Notes: generated from the letters alone by a model not told the origin. A stretch of DNA of 64,000 bases from Candidatus Moanibacter sp. (GCA_965215885.1 CBDCEW010000102.1:64001-128000), one strand, 5' to 3'; positions 11,393 through 21,416 are shown, numbered from the stretch's first letter. Made by a program: numbers and translations.

Positions 11393-11434
11393 ACGAAACC
11401 GGGGCGGGCCTTCCACGAACCCGCCCCGGTTCGT
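11393..11434. terminator. hairpin terminator between cysK and nrdA
   Basis: aaccggggcggg...cccgccccggtt stem between convergent genes. Confidence 0.55.
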
Positions 11435-11482
11435 CTCAGTTAGCAGTGGGCTTTATGGGCGTTGGGGGGAAATATCTATTCG

Positions 11483-14400
11483 CTATTGGCAGGCTTCGCA
11501 TTCTTCACCGTCCATCATTGCCTCTATGCTGCAGGCTGATTTTTCAGTTTCGCTATATTCTTTGCCGGAAGACTCGTCGGACTCAACGCTGCTGGCCATG
11601 ATTCCGCGAGTCTGTTTCTTCACGCTGATCGTGGCCTTCTCAATATTGGATGCCCCTAAAGTGCGCAGGTAATAAGTAGTTTTGAGGCCCTTATGCCAGG
11701 CAGCCCTATACATGTGTGAGAGCGTCTTAAGGTTGGGTTTGCCGAGGAACAAATTGACTGATTGTGACTGGTCGATCCATTTTTGCCGTCGTGCCGCCGC
11801 ATCGATGAGATACTTAAAATCGATATCAAAGGCGGCGAGGTACTTCTGCTTCAATTCCTCCGGGATCGATTCAATAGTCGTCAAATCGCCGTCGAAGTAT
11901 TTTAACTGATCCAACATATCGCGATCCCACAAGCCGCTCTTTTTGAGATCGCGCACAAGATATTGATTCAGGACGATGAATTCGCCGGACAGATTACTCT
12001 TCACGAAAATGTTCTTATAAGCCGGTTCGATACATGGAGAAGTGCCCATGATGTTCGATATTGTAGCGGTGGGCGCGATCGCCAGGACATTGCTGTTTCG
12101 CATCCCCTGCTTTGCTACCTTCTTCCTCAATGGTTCCCAATCCATCTTTCCTTCCCGCGGTATATCGATCTTTACGCCGCGTTCTCTCTCAACCAGCTCA
12201 ATTGAATCCGCAGGTAAGATGCCGTTTTCCCATTTGGATCCAGCGTAGCTACTGTACTTTCCGCGTTCTCTGGCCAGATCGCTGGATGCTTCAATGGCGT
12301 AATAGGACACAGCTTCCATGAGTTCATCATTGAATTCGACCGCCTCGTCGGAAGCGAAAGAGAGGTCCTTCTTATATAGCGCATACTGTAGTCCCATAAT
12401 CCCCAAACCGATGGGACGGTGGCGCATGTTCGATTTTCGCGCGGTATTCGTGGGGTAGTAGTTGATGTCAATGACATTATCGAGGGAACGTATTGCTATT
12501 CGAATCGTTTCCCGAAGGCTGCGATGGTCAATATTACCATTCGCCTTGATGTGTGTGTCGACGACGACAGAACCTAGATTACAGACCGCCGTCTCCTCGG
12601 CATCCGTGTTTAGAGTGATCTCGGTGCAGAGATTGGAACTATGGATAACGCCGACATGGTCCTGTGGGCTACGCAAATTACAGGTGTCCTTAAAAGTTAT
12701 CCAGGGATGACCGGTTTCAAAGAGCATGGTGAGCATCTTCTTCCAGAGATCGATGGCCGGAATGGTTTGACCGAATATTTCGCCACGCTCCGCCACCCCT
12801 TCGTAATAGCAGTACCGTTCCTCAAATTTCTTGCCATAGAGTTCATGGAGATCCTCCACTTCATTGGAGCGAAAGAGCGTCCAATCCTGGCGTTTTTCCA
12901 TTCGCTTCATGAAGAGATCGGGAATCCAGTTGGCTGTATTCATGTCATGAGTGCGGCGGCGGTCATCACCAGTATTTCGCCGCAGCTCGATAAAGTCTAT
13001 TATGTCATTGTGCCAGGTTTCCAGATAAGAGCAGCCCGAACCCCGACGCTTGCCACCCTGGTTCACCGCCACGAGCTGATCGTTGTGCAATTTGAGAAAC
13101 GGTATTACACCCTGGCTCTCCCCATTTGTACCTTTGATATAGCTTCCGGTTCCCCGCACCGACGTCCAACTGCCCCCTAGACCGCCGGCCCATTTTGAGA
13201 GAAAGGCATTCTCCGCGATTCCGCGTATCATGATCGATTCAATATTATCATCGACTTTGTAAAGATAGCAGGAGGAGAGCTGCGGATGGCACGTGCCGCT
13301 ATTAAATAAAGTGGGCGTCGATGAACAAAACCGTCGGCTCTTGTAGAGATTGTAGAGTCGAATGGCACAATCCTCCCCGTTCTTTTCGTTCTCGATAGAG
13401 AGCCCCATCGCAACTCGCATCCAAAACATCTGTGGCGTCTCTATGCGCTTGGGTTTCTTTCCGGTCTTATCGATTATCAAATAGCGATCGTAAAGTGTCT
13501 GCACCCCCAGGTAGTCAAATTCGAGATCGGAAGAGGGATCGATGGCGCGGGCTAATTTCTCGATATCACAATTGAGCATCTTATCATCAAGCCGTTCGAT
13601 TTTGACAGCATGTTCGAGATACCCCTTAAACCTCAGCCGATGGGCTTCCTTAAGTGACTCGATACCGTCGCGAACGATATCCCAACCGAGCACCTCTTCG
13701 TAGATGTAGGTTAGGAGTATCCGACCTGCGAATTTGCTGAAATCAGCATCCCTTTCATTTAACGCTTTAGCGTTGAGTATGATCGTTTTGCACAGGTCAT
13801 CGAGCGTCACCTCCGAGTAGAGGGAGCGCCGCAACTCAGTTTCAATCTCCTCCTTGTCGAGGCAGAGATCGAGTCCGATCATACCGAATTCGATCCGCTT
13901 CTTAAGATCGTTCCCATCCCAGAAATAGGTATCGCCTTCCGGGGTGCGGACCACGATCATGGATTCCTGGAGCATTTCGTTTTCCGGTTCCTTCTCCTGC
14001 TCTTCCCGTAGACGCGCCCGATGCGCCCGGTACAAAATATAGCCCTCCGCTACCTTGTAGTGACCTTGGCGCATAAGTTCCTCTTGGACAAAGTCTTGCA
14101 AGTCTTCAATGTGGGTAAAAGCCTGGCCGAGCTTGCGTACATGTTCGGTTACGGCCATGGCTATGGATATGGCTGGATCGGATTCAAAGTTATTTGAGAG
14201 AAATGCCTTACGCACCGCTATTTCAATCTTGTCGATATTCCACGGTACAACTTGCCCGTTTCTTCGAATGAGCCGTACCGTCAGGGGAGCGCTTTGTGGA
14301 ACCTTCGTCGGCACATTACCTTGTTGAGAGCGCCGAAAAACTACGCTCTTGGCGACATCATGCGCATTGCGTTGTATGAGGGCCTTCTCGATGAGGAGAT

Positions 14401-14749
14401 ATATGTCCCCATCGGAGAGCTTCAGCATTCTCCCCTCCTCCATCTGCGCTGCCAGCCGCTCCCCGACTTCCTTTGCCACATCTGCTACGAATTCCTGATT
14501 CTCATTCGTAAAGATCTCTTCTTCTCTTCGTGAAAGTAAGAGATCGGTAAGCGCGTTGCCGATCGTTTCGGCTACCTCGGCGAGATCAAAATCCCTCGCT
14601 CTGCCTTCCACATCGACCGTAATCTCCGGCTGAACAAGCCGCTCCTCAAGTAGCACATCACGCCATTTAAAGCGTGGCTTCTCATCTTTTGGAGTTGTCG
14701 CAAAGCGCTTTAGTTCGAGGTCTTCTTCAAGTGAGAGTTGACGGATCAT
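11483..14749 (-). CDS. nrdA: ribonucleoside-diphosphate reductase alpha subunit with multiple N-terminal ATP-cone-like domains
   Basis: TPTLFNSG, QLSSC, SNLCTEI, APTATIS, KTTYYLR, C-terminal CEACQ. Confidence 0.96.
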   Translation of the reverse strand: MIRQLSLEEDLELKRFATTPKDEKPRFKWRDVLLEERLVQPEITVDVEGRARDFDLAEVAETIGNALTDLLLSRREEEIFTNENQEFVADVAKEVGERLAAQMEEGRMLKLSDGDIYLLIEKALIQRNAHDVAKSVVFRRSQQGNVPTKVPQSAPLTVRLIRRNGQVVPWNIDKIEIAVRKAFLSNNFESDPAISIAMAVTEHVRKLGQAFTHIEDLQDFVQEELMRQGHYKVAEGYILYRAHRARLREEQEKEPENEMLQESMIVVRTPEGDTYFWDGNDLKKRIEFGMIGLDLCLDKEEIETELRRSLYSEVTLDDLCKTIILNAKALNERDADFSKFAGRILLTYIYEEVLGWDIVRDGIESLKEAHRLRFKGYLEHAVKIERLDDKMLNCDIEKLARAIDPSSDLEFDYLGVQTLYDRYLIIDKTGKKPKRIETPQMFWMRVAMGLSIENEKNGEDCAIRLYNLYKSRRFCSSTPTLFNSGTCHPQLSSCYLYKVDDNIESIMIRGIAENAFLSKWAGGLGGSWTSVRGTGSYIKGTNGESQGVIPFLKLHNDQLVAVNQGGKRRGSGCSYLETWHNDIIDFIELRRNTGDDRRRTHDMNTANWIPDLFMKRMEKRQDWTLFRSNEVEDLHELYGKKFEERYCYYEGVAERGEIFGQTIPAIDLWKKMLTMLFETGHPWITFKDTCNLRSPQDHVGVIHSSNLCTEITLNTDAEETAVCNLGSVVVDTHIKANGNIDHRSLRETIRIAIRSLDNVIDINYYPTNTARKSNMRHRPIGLGIMGLQYALYKKDLSFASDEAVEFNDELMEAVSYYAIEASSDLARERGKYSSYAGSKWENGILPADSIELVERERGVKIDIPREGKMDWEPLRKKVAKQGMRNSNVLAIAPTATISNIMGTSPCIEPAYKNIFVKSNLSGEFIVLNQYLVRDLKKSGLWDRDMLDQLKYFDGDLTTIESIPEELKQKYLAAFDIDFKYLIDAAARRQKWIDQSQSVNLFLGKPNLKTLSHMYRAAWHKGLKTTYYLRTLGASNIEKATISVKKQTRGIMASSVESDESSGKEYSETEKSACSIEAMMDGEECEACQ

Positions 14750-14856
14750 GGAGAAATTCGACGTTTGAGTTTTAGAAGCAACAGATTCGAATAAAGATGG
14801 ATATAAACACTCGGGATGGATTGAATTCGATGATATGCCTCAAGCAGCGATTCCAT

Positions 14857-15939
14857 TCAAAGCTCGTCGTCGTCAACCGCATCCAGAGCGGACGCCTTTT
14901 GATACTCAGTGACGCGGCCCTCAAAGAAATTCTGCTCCTTCTCAATGTCCATAAGTTCGGCTAGCCAGGGGAATGGATTCCTTATTCCAGGATTTAGAGG
15001 TTTCAAACCCACGCCTTCCAGACGCCGGTCCGCGATAAAATCGATATAAGAGACAAATTCCTCAGCGCTCAGGCCCACCGCATTAACCGGCAGGCAGTCG
15101 CAGATGAATCTCTTTTCGAGATAAACGGCCTCAACCATCAGCTCCGTGAGTTCCTTCCTGAACTCCGAAGTCCAGATTTCGGGATTCTCCTCCACCAGGT
15201 CCATAATAAGGTTGCGGAGGAGCTCGATATGGTTCGACTCGTCACGCAAAGTGTAGCGAAACATCTGACCGATTCCGGGAAATTTGTTCTGCCGGTAAAG
15301 AGAGAGAATCATACCGAAAAGGCCGTAGAACTGGGTGCCTTCCATGCATTGACCAAAAACGAATATGTTCTTCGCCAGTTTCTGTTTGTCCTCGGTTTTC
15401 TTCAGATCGAGTTCCCCCCGGAGGGATTTTGATACTTTCGACACGAACTCGGTCTTCTCCAAAACCGATTCAATATCCTCCAGAATTGACTCGCATTCAT
15501 GGGGGTTCACCCCCAACGAGCTGATCATATATACAAGGCTATCGGCATGAATATTCTCTTCGTGGGCGTGCCGTCCCAAGACAAGTTTCAGCTCAGGCGC
15601 GGTGACGCATTCGCGCACCACATGTAAGATATTATCGCCGACAATCCCTTCCGCCGCCGAAAAATAACCGATGCCCATTTTTATGATCCATCGTTCGATA
15701 TCAGTGATTTGATTGGAGCGCCATTGTTCGCAATCCTTCTGCATGGGAATATCTTCGGGTTCCCAATGATTCGCTTTCATGGTACGGTAGAGTTCGTAGG
15801 CCCACTGATATTTGAGAGGAAGAATATTGAAATACATGGTCTTCCTGCCATTGATGACTCTTTTCGCCGAATAAGCTTTCTGCGCTTTTTCCGAATCGAG
15901 GACGAACGACTTGTTACCAATAGTGTATGTGGACTGCAT
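14857..15939 (-). CDS. nrdB: ribonucleotide reductase beta subunit, class Ic (R2c)-like
   Basis: WEPEDIPM, EENIH, RDESNH, NFFEGRVTEYQ; first ligand Glu (SAAEG) and Leu at the radical-Tyr position. Confidence 0.95.
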   Translation of the reverse strand: MQSTYTIGNKSFVLDSEKAQKAYSAKRVINGRKTMYFNILPLKYQWAYELYRTMKANHWEPEDIPMQKDCEQWRSNQITDIERWIIKMGIGYFSAAEGIVGDNILHVVRECVTAPELKLVLGRHAHEENIHADSLVYMISSLGVNPHECESILEDIESVLEKTEFVSKVSKSLRGELDLKKTEDKQKLAKNIFVFGQCMEGTQFYGLFGMILSLYRQNKFPGIGQMFRYTLRDESNHIELLRNLIMDLVEENPEIWTSEFRKELTELMVEAVYLEKRFICDCLPVNAVGLSAEEFVSYIDFIADRRLEGVGLKPLNPGIRNPFPWLAELMDIEKEQNFFEGRVTEYQKASALDAVDDDEL

Positions 15940-16118
15940 GAGCGATTTCTCGTGTTCGAGCGTTATCTGTCGCCTTCGGGGGTTGGCGACGGCCAGAGAG
16001 AGTCTCCTTTTCGAAGGTCAAACATGCGAAGGATTGTCTAAGGCCTTAATAAAACGTCTCGCCATCTCGTGGATTTTGCAATCGCCGGGAGAGTTACTCT
16101 CCCATTCCCTTTCCCAAA

Positions 16119-16166
16119 CCACAAGATGTTGTGGGCTCTACTAAAAATAGCCACTATATATTGTGT
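16119..16166. promoter_or_regulatory. tandem NrdR boxes upstream of nrdBA
   Basis: ccacaagatgttgtgg (16119-16134) and ccactatatattgtgt (16151-16166); 32-bp period; fit the acaCwAtATaTwGtg consensus. Confidence 0.85.
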
Positions 16167-16721
16167 CAACAGATTTCAAATGTGAAAGCAAGAAAAATTC
16201 ATCCCTTTCCCCGAAAGTTCACAGCTATCGCCCAATTCAGACTCGGTGCTCTTCCTCGTTTCTCTCCTTGTGGTAACTGTTGAGCTCCATGCGCCGAGAG
16301 ACGAATCGCCTACAATCGGAAGCACAAGCGTCTCTCTATTCTTTATCCTCAGCAACTTTTTCTTCTTAGAACTTATTGGCTCTCTTCTTAACCAAAGATC
16401 GGGATCGGGACCTTCCGCATATTCGCGGATTCAAGCGGTTGTTTACATTATTCACAGAGTCCCTGTCGTGTTTATTAACAGTCTTGCCATCCACACCCCC
16501 CTTCGCCTTTCCTAAAACCGCGAATGGCAGTGGCGGATTTTCCCGCCCAACTGACAGAAAAGCGGACTGTGTGAAACTTTTTGGAAAACTGTGCGGTTAA
16601 ATTATCGTGATGACACAACCTCTAGGTATACCGGCTTGGCCGGTATTCACTTCCACGCTTTGTCCCGTCAATATGCCTGAAGAGGACCACTTCAATGGGG
16701 CTGGGCAAGACGAAGCATTGA

Positions 16722-17234
16722 ATGCTGCGCGTGGGTGCGGGTGACGAAACTGCATTGGAGATTCTCATTGATCGATGGAAGAATCCGCTCATCAACTTCT
16801 TTTATCGCTCACTCAGATCGGTTGAAGAATCCGAAGATCTCGCACAAATGGTGTATCTTCGCCTCTATCGCTCAGCTCCCAGGTACAAACCGACGGCAAA
16901 ATTCTCAACTTACCTTTTCCACATTGCCCGCCGGTTGCTTATCAATGAATATCGCAGACGGCAGCGCAAACCCCTCCAGACTGTAGATCCTGCCGACCTA
17001 CGGGCTAGCACACCGGGGCGCAACGATTTGAGAATTCTTGAGATTGAGGAGGCTTTCAGCGCAGCCCTCAAGGGTTTGCCCGAAAATCAGAGCACTGCCA
17101 TTCTTCTCCTTAAACAACAGGAACTCAGCTACAGGGAAATTGCCGATATTATGGAAGCCACTGAGTCGGCCGTAAAAACCTGGATTTTTCGTGCCAGAAA
17201 GCATCTTAAAAAGGAATTAAAAGGAATCTTGTGA
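16722..17234 (+). CDS. ECF RNA polymerase sigma factor (true start may be 16673 with a +1 frameshift)
   Basis: AEDLAQ-like SEDLAQ, FSTYLFHIARR, LSYREIADIM..TESAVKTWIFRAR. Confidence 0.92.
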   Translation: MLRVGAGDETALEILIDRWKNPLINFFYRSLRSVEESEDLAQMVYLRLYRSAPRYKPTAKFSTYLFHIARRLLINEYRRRQRKPLQTVDPADLRASTPGRNDLRILEIEEAFSAALKGLPENQSTAILLLKQQELSYREIADIMEATESAVKTWIFRARKHLKKELKGIL

Positions 17235-17277
17235 ACTCGTGTCGTGTCCGACACCAAACTAGGAGATCTATCTCAAA

Positions 17278-17931
17278 ATGAACCCCCGCGAACAACCGGA
17301 TCAGATCGATCTGAAACTGGATGAACTCTTGCGTTCCTCACCTCTTGAGGCATCGCCCCACTTTAAAAAGAATCTGTTGGAGCGTCTGCATGATGTGGAG
17401 AGAAGGCAGGCAGGGATCGATGCAACATTGAGTGCGCTCCTTGCGCGTCAGCCGATCCAGGCGTCTCCAGACTTTGCAAAGAACACGTTGCAGCGAATTC
17501 GCGCCGAAAAAGTGCGGGAAGAAAGAGTGAAGGTAATCAGTTTTCCTTTCCTTGCCTGCTGGTTTAGTGCCGCTGCTGCAATCTTCGTTATCGGCTTTTT
17601 CGGAGTGCAATTCCTGATGCCTCCAAAAAGCGTTCCTACAGAGAAGTACCCCGTAGCAAAGAGTATTCCTGTCACGCCCTACGAAATCCAAGTTGTAGAG
17701 GAGTCGGAAGAAATCGAAGAGATCATTGCCGAAGTGAGGGAGGCTCCACACATTCCAATTATGCTTAAAGTTCTCGAGGAGACCGAAGTGTTGCCGGATC
17801 TGCAAATGGCAGAGCTCTTCCTGCTGGCCGAATCCATGACTGACGCCGAGGTTCTTTTGGACGATGAGGTATTCGACACGCTTACTTTCATCGCAACACA
17901 ATGGACTTTTCGATGGACCTCAAACCTGTAG
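17278..17931 (+). CDS. putative anti-sigma factor (single TM helix)
   Basis: Directly downstream of the ECF sigma; central hydrophobic segment WFSAAAAIFVIGFFGV. Confidence 0.65.
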   Translation: MNPREQPDQIDLKLDELLRSSPLEASPHFKKNLLERLHDVERRQAGIDATLSALLARQPIQASPDFAKNTLQRIRAEKVREERVKVISFPFLACWFSAAAAIFVIGFFGVQFLMPPKSVPTEKYPVAKSIPVTPYEIQVVEESEEIEEIIAEVREAPHIPIMLKVLEETEVLPDLQMAELFLLAESMTDAEVLLDDEVFDTLTFIATQWTFRWTSNL

Positions 17932-18479
17932 AATTTCGGACAGCTTTCTTTGCCGTGTGGCGCCCTCTCATTGTGTTGGCGGCACTCCTCCTTGGGTTAT
18001 CCGTATCGCCTTCCTCTGCAGTAGCGAAAGATAATTATTCGGACGCCGCTTCCGCCCGCAGATTGGGCACACCGAATGATCGGGTTTCGCCGGATCCAAG
18101 CCATCTCTCTCCAGCAGACCGCAAGCGTATGCGGGATATGGTCATGCTCGACCGTCTCCTCAGCCTTCCTCCCGAACGGCTGTCGCATATGCGCACCACG
18201 ATCGAACGCATCGAGAGGATGTCGGATGACGAAAAGCACGATCTGAGGGAAAAAATCCGGGAATTTAAGCGACTCAATCCCAATCAGCGTACCCGGCTGC
18301 ATCGGCAGTGGGAAGGGATTCCGAAAGAAACACGCTCTCTCCTCAGACAGCATTGGCAGGATATGTCCCAGGAGGATCGTCGAGCGGAAAGGCTCAAGCT
18401 ACAGCATATGAATCCCCAGGAACGCAGGAAGTATCACCACGAGCTTCTTATGCGCCTCAGAGATATTCGGCCGGATTAG
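17901..18479 (+). CDS. secreted helical-repeat protein (DUF3106-like)
   Basis: Signal peptide followed by repeated LSP..R/W..M..E.R helices; third gene of the ECF cluster. Confidence 0.6.
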   Translation: MDFSMDLKPVEFRTAFFAVWRPLIVLAALLLGLSVSPSSAVAKDNYSDAASARRLGTPNDRVSPDPSHLSPADRKRMRDMVMLDRLLSLPPERLSHMRTTIERIERMSDDEKHDLREKIREFKRLNPNQRTRLHRQWEGIPKETRSLLRQHWQDMSQEDRRAERLKLQHMNPQERRKYHHELLMRLRDIRPD

Positions 18480-18532
18480 ACGTTCCTCTTTTCCGGTTCA
18501 ACAAAATGTGCTTGCCAATTTCTGGTTGACTG

Positions 18533-18552
18533 AGTTGACTAATCAGTCAACT
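18533..18552. promoter_or_regulatory. TetR operator palindrome
   Basis: agttgact-aatc-agtcaact, perfect 8-bp arms, 40 bp upstream of the TetR gene. Confidence 0.75.
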
Positions 18553-18591
18553 TTACCGGAATAACCGCAGCCTAAGCCCGATGACTGAGCT

Positions 18592-19257
18592 ATGAGGCCA
18601 CGCAGGAACACCAGAGAACGGCTCGTAACAGTTGCTCTGCAAAGCATCTGGAAAAAGAGCTGTGCGGCGGTCAGCGTTGATGCAATTTGTCGGGAAGCGA
18701 GAGTCAATAAGGGTAGTTTCTACCATTTTTTTGAGTCTAAATCCGCCATAATTCTTGCGACCATTGATGCTGCCTGGCGCACAATGAGGGAGGATGTTTT
18801 GGAACCGGCATTTGATCCCGAATTCAACGCGCTGGAACGAATAGAGAGGCTCTTTGAAAGGGCCCACAATTTTCAAAAGGAGCAGAAAGCGATAACTGGT
18901 TTTGTTCCGGGTTGTCTCTTCTGTAATGTAGGCAGTGAGCTCAGTACGCTGGACGAGTCGATTCGCGTGAGAATCGAAGAGATTCTTTCCCGGCATGTCG
19001 CGTATATCGAATCGGCCCTTCGGGAGGCTAAAGACGAAGGTCGCTTTGCGGGAGATCCCTTGAGAGTGGCAAAATCCCTATTCTCTTATCTTGAGGGACT
19101 CATTTTACGCGCCAAGATTCAAAATAACCCCGATCTGATTATCGAACTAGGAATCTGTCGGACTGAGCTTTCTGAACATCCCTGTGGCACGGATTTTTGG
19201 GTGACGGATGTGGATTCCGACGAAGATGAGACCGACAGATTCCTTGAGAGAAAATGA
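18592..19257 (+). CDS. TetR/AcrR family regulator (NemR/LmrA-like) with a MITE-derived C-terminal insert
   Basis: HTH SVDAICREARVNKGSFYHFFESK; GCLFCN motif. Confidence 0.9.
   Translation: MRPRRNTRERLVTVALQSIWKKSCAAVSVDAICREARVNKGSFYHFFESKSAIILATIDAAWRTMREDVLEPAFDPEFNALERIERLFERAHNFQKEQKAITGFVPGCLFCNVGSELSTLDESIRVRIEEILSRHVAYIESALREAKDEGRFAGDPLRVAKSLFSYLEGLILRAKIQNNPDLIIELGICRTELSEHPCGTDFWVTDVDSDEDETDRFLERK
19147..19246. repeat. MITE family A copy, in frame inside tetR
   Basis: TIRs ctaggaatctgtcgg ... ccgacagattcctt; internal homology to the 25535 and 53253 copies. Confidence 0.85.
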
Positions 19258-19425
19258 ACCTGAGATTTGAGACAGTTTGTCATATTTGCTGCGTTCTTGG
19301 CCAAGATCCTTCCGATAGAAAGTTGCCGCCGTTGCAACCATCGTGGCAAGATGGCCCAAAGCGCATCAGCTGAGGAGAATTTTGATCACTCACCCACAAA
19401 TCTCAGATTCATTTTCTTAATGCTA

Positions 19426-21343
19426 GACCTTATCCGAAAAGCTACTGATTTGCCGCAAAGAGGCGCAAAAAGCGCAAGAAAAACTTGAGAAAAATCAGTT
19501 TTTCGGCTTGATAAAAAGTGTCGTAACATACTAGTGTTTAACAACTTAAGATTAAGAAATGAGTTAAACATGCCAACATGTGCGACAGAGGAGAACAAAA
19601 GCGACAAGACGCCCCTTAGCAACCTCATTCTGCCGGTTCCAGACACGGATTTTCGTGATTTTCTGGATGAAGTTGAAGAATTGGCCGGGTTCGCGGCGCA
19701 AATCATCGAGGCGATCGAGAAGGATCTGGACGCCCATGCGCGTGAGAAGAAGAAACTTCGATTGGAAGATCGAAGGTTCTTTGAAGGGCGCACAGCGGAG
19801 CTGCCGGAGCTGGACATCGAGGAGGAGAATATTCTGGCTGCTGAATTGAATCTTGCGGTAGGCCGGCCGCGGATGCCGGCTTATGCGGTATACGTGTGCG
19901 TGATGATTCGAGGGTTTCTGGGTTCGTTGACCACGAAACCGGCACGGCGGTTTCTGCGCGAGTCGATGAGCTTGTACGGATTTCTTCAGAGGCGGGGACT
20001 GAGAATGCCGGCGGTGACGACGATTCTGGAGAACGTGAACCTGGTCAGCCATAGGACCCGCGAGCTGATCTTTGATAAACAGATTGGGTTTATCCTCCAG
20101 GAGCAATGGGACGATTTCGGGAAGCTGACGATCGACAGCACCTCGGTGAAAGCAAACAGCTGCTGGCCCACCGATGGGAGGATTCTGGCCGGTCTTTTGA
20201 TGCGGGCCAATCGTTTGGGTCAGAAGTTGCATATATTCGGGCTGGAGGATTTTCGCAAGGGATGGGTTGGGCGTTGGCTGCAGGAGATAGACAAGCTGGA
20301 GTTTCAGATTTGTCTGGCCGCGGGCAAACCGAAGTCGAAGGGCAAGCTGAAGAAACACTACCGGCGGTTGCTCAAGCGGGGCCGCAAGGCGGCCGACTCA
20401 CTAACGGGGGAACTGAGCCATCTTGAAGAGGGCCTGTCGATGGATTCACTGCCTCCCACTCGCCGGGAGCTTCTGGAGCGGGCATTGAGCCAGATCAGGG
20501 GCGATATTGCCGACGCCAAGCGGGTTGTTGAGTATGCTCATGATCGGGTGTTTCACGAAAAGAAGCTACCGTCCACACAGAAGGTCCTGAGCCTCTCGGA
20601 CGGATCGGCGGCCTACATCAAGAAGGGCAGCCGCAATCCAGTCATCGGGTACAAGCCACAACTGGTTCGCAGCGAAAACGGTTTTGTCACCAGCCTGATC
20701 GTACCGCAAGGCAATGCGGCAGACTCCATTGAGCTGGCGCCGGCCATCGGCGATTCGATCAAGCGCACCGGTGTCATTGCTGAACTGATCAGCACCGATG
20801 ACGGATATGCTTCGGCGAAGGGGCGCAAGGAGGTGCTGGGCATGGGGGTAAAGCAAATCAGTATCAGTGGGGCGAAGGGCAAGAAGTTGACCACCCCCGA
20901 GGACCGGGAGAGCGAGGCGTATCGCGAGGCACGCCGCAATCGCTCCGCAGTGGAGTCGCTGATGTTCACGATTAAAGATGGATTTGCCTTTGGCGAACTC
21001 GGCCGCCGCGGCATCGATGCGGTAGGCGATGAACTGCTCGAGAAGGTTCTGGCCTACAACTTCTGCCGCATCATACTGATGAAGAAACGACGACGGGAGG
21101 AACTGGAACAGGCGGCCTGAATCTGACCGCTTTGCAGCTCGGAGAAAAAAGCACCACGGGATGAGTATGCCTCCAAACAGCGGCAAATATGCGTATTGTG
21201 CAGCAAGCCACGCCGATGGCCGCTCAATACCTGCTCATCGGCAGCGTCGGCAGCCTGAAACCCGACGCCTGCCAGCCATAGGCTGGTCCGCCTGTGGCGG
21301 AAAACCTGAAACCGTCCGCTCGAAAGGCTTTTCGAATGGGGTC
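19426..21343 (+). mobile_element. IS5/IS1182/ISNCY-like insertion sequence, 1918 bp
   Basis: 17-bp imperfect TIRs gaccttatccgaaaagc / gcttttcgaatggggtc; 6-bp TSD ATGCTA (19420-19425, 21344-21349). Confidence 0.88.
19534..21120 (+). CDS. DDE transposase (start possibly ATG 19570)
   Basis: IDSTSVKAN, STDDGYAS, RSAVESL...K catalytic motifs. Confidence 0.9.
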   Translation: MFNNLRLRNELNMPTCATEENKSDKTPLSNLILPVPDTDFRDFLDEVEELAGFAAQIIEAIEKDLDAHAREKKKLRLEDRRFFEGRTAELPELDIEEENILAAELNLAVGRPRMPAYAVYVCVMIRGFLGSLTTKPARRFLRESMSLYGFLQRRGLRMPAVTTILENVNLVSHRTRELIFDKQIGFILQEQWDDFGKLTIDSTSVKANSCWPTDGRILAGLLMRANRLGQKLHIFGLEDFRKGWVGRWLQEIDKLEFQICLAAGKPKSKGKLKKHYRRLLKRGRKAADSLTGELSHLEEGLSMDSLPPTRRELLERALSQIRGDIADAKRVVEYAHDRVFHEKKLPSTQKVLSLSDGSAAYIKKGSRNPVIGYKPQLVRSENGFVTSLIVPQGNAADSIELAPAIGDSIKRTGVIAELISTDDGYASAKGRKEVLGMGVKQISISGAKGKKLTTPEDRESEAYREARRNRSAVESLMFTIKDGFAFGELGRRGIDAVGDELLEKVLAYNFCRIILMKKRRREELEQAA

Positions 21344-21344
21344 A

Positions 21345-21416
21345 TGCTAGCAGCCTGTCGGAATAAACTCGAGTATCTCTTCCGAAAGAAGCATAAACTC
21401 CGACAGGCTGCTAGCA
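21345..21416. repeat. MITE family A' copy
   Basis: Perfect 18-bp TIR tgctagcagcctgtcgga / tccgacaggctgctagca; related ends at 40549, 51510 and 54298. Confidence 0.85.

Noticed and set aside
16612..16628. Third NrdR box (acacaacctctaggta)
   Set aside because: Weak, unpaired match far from the nrdB start
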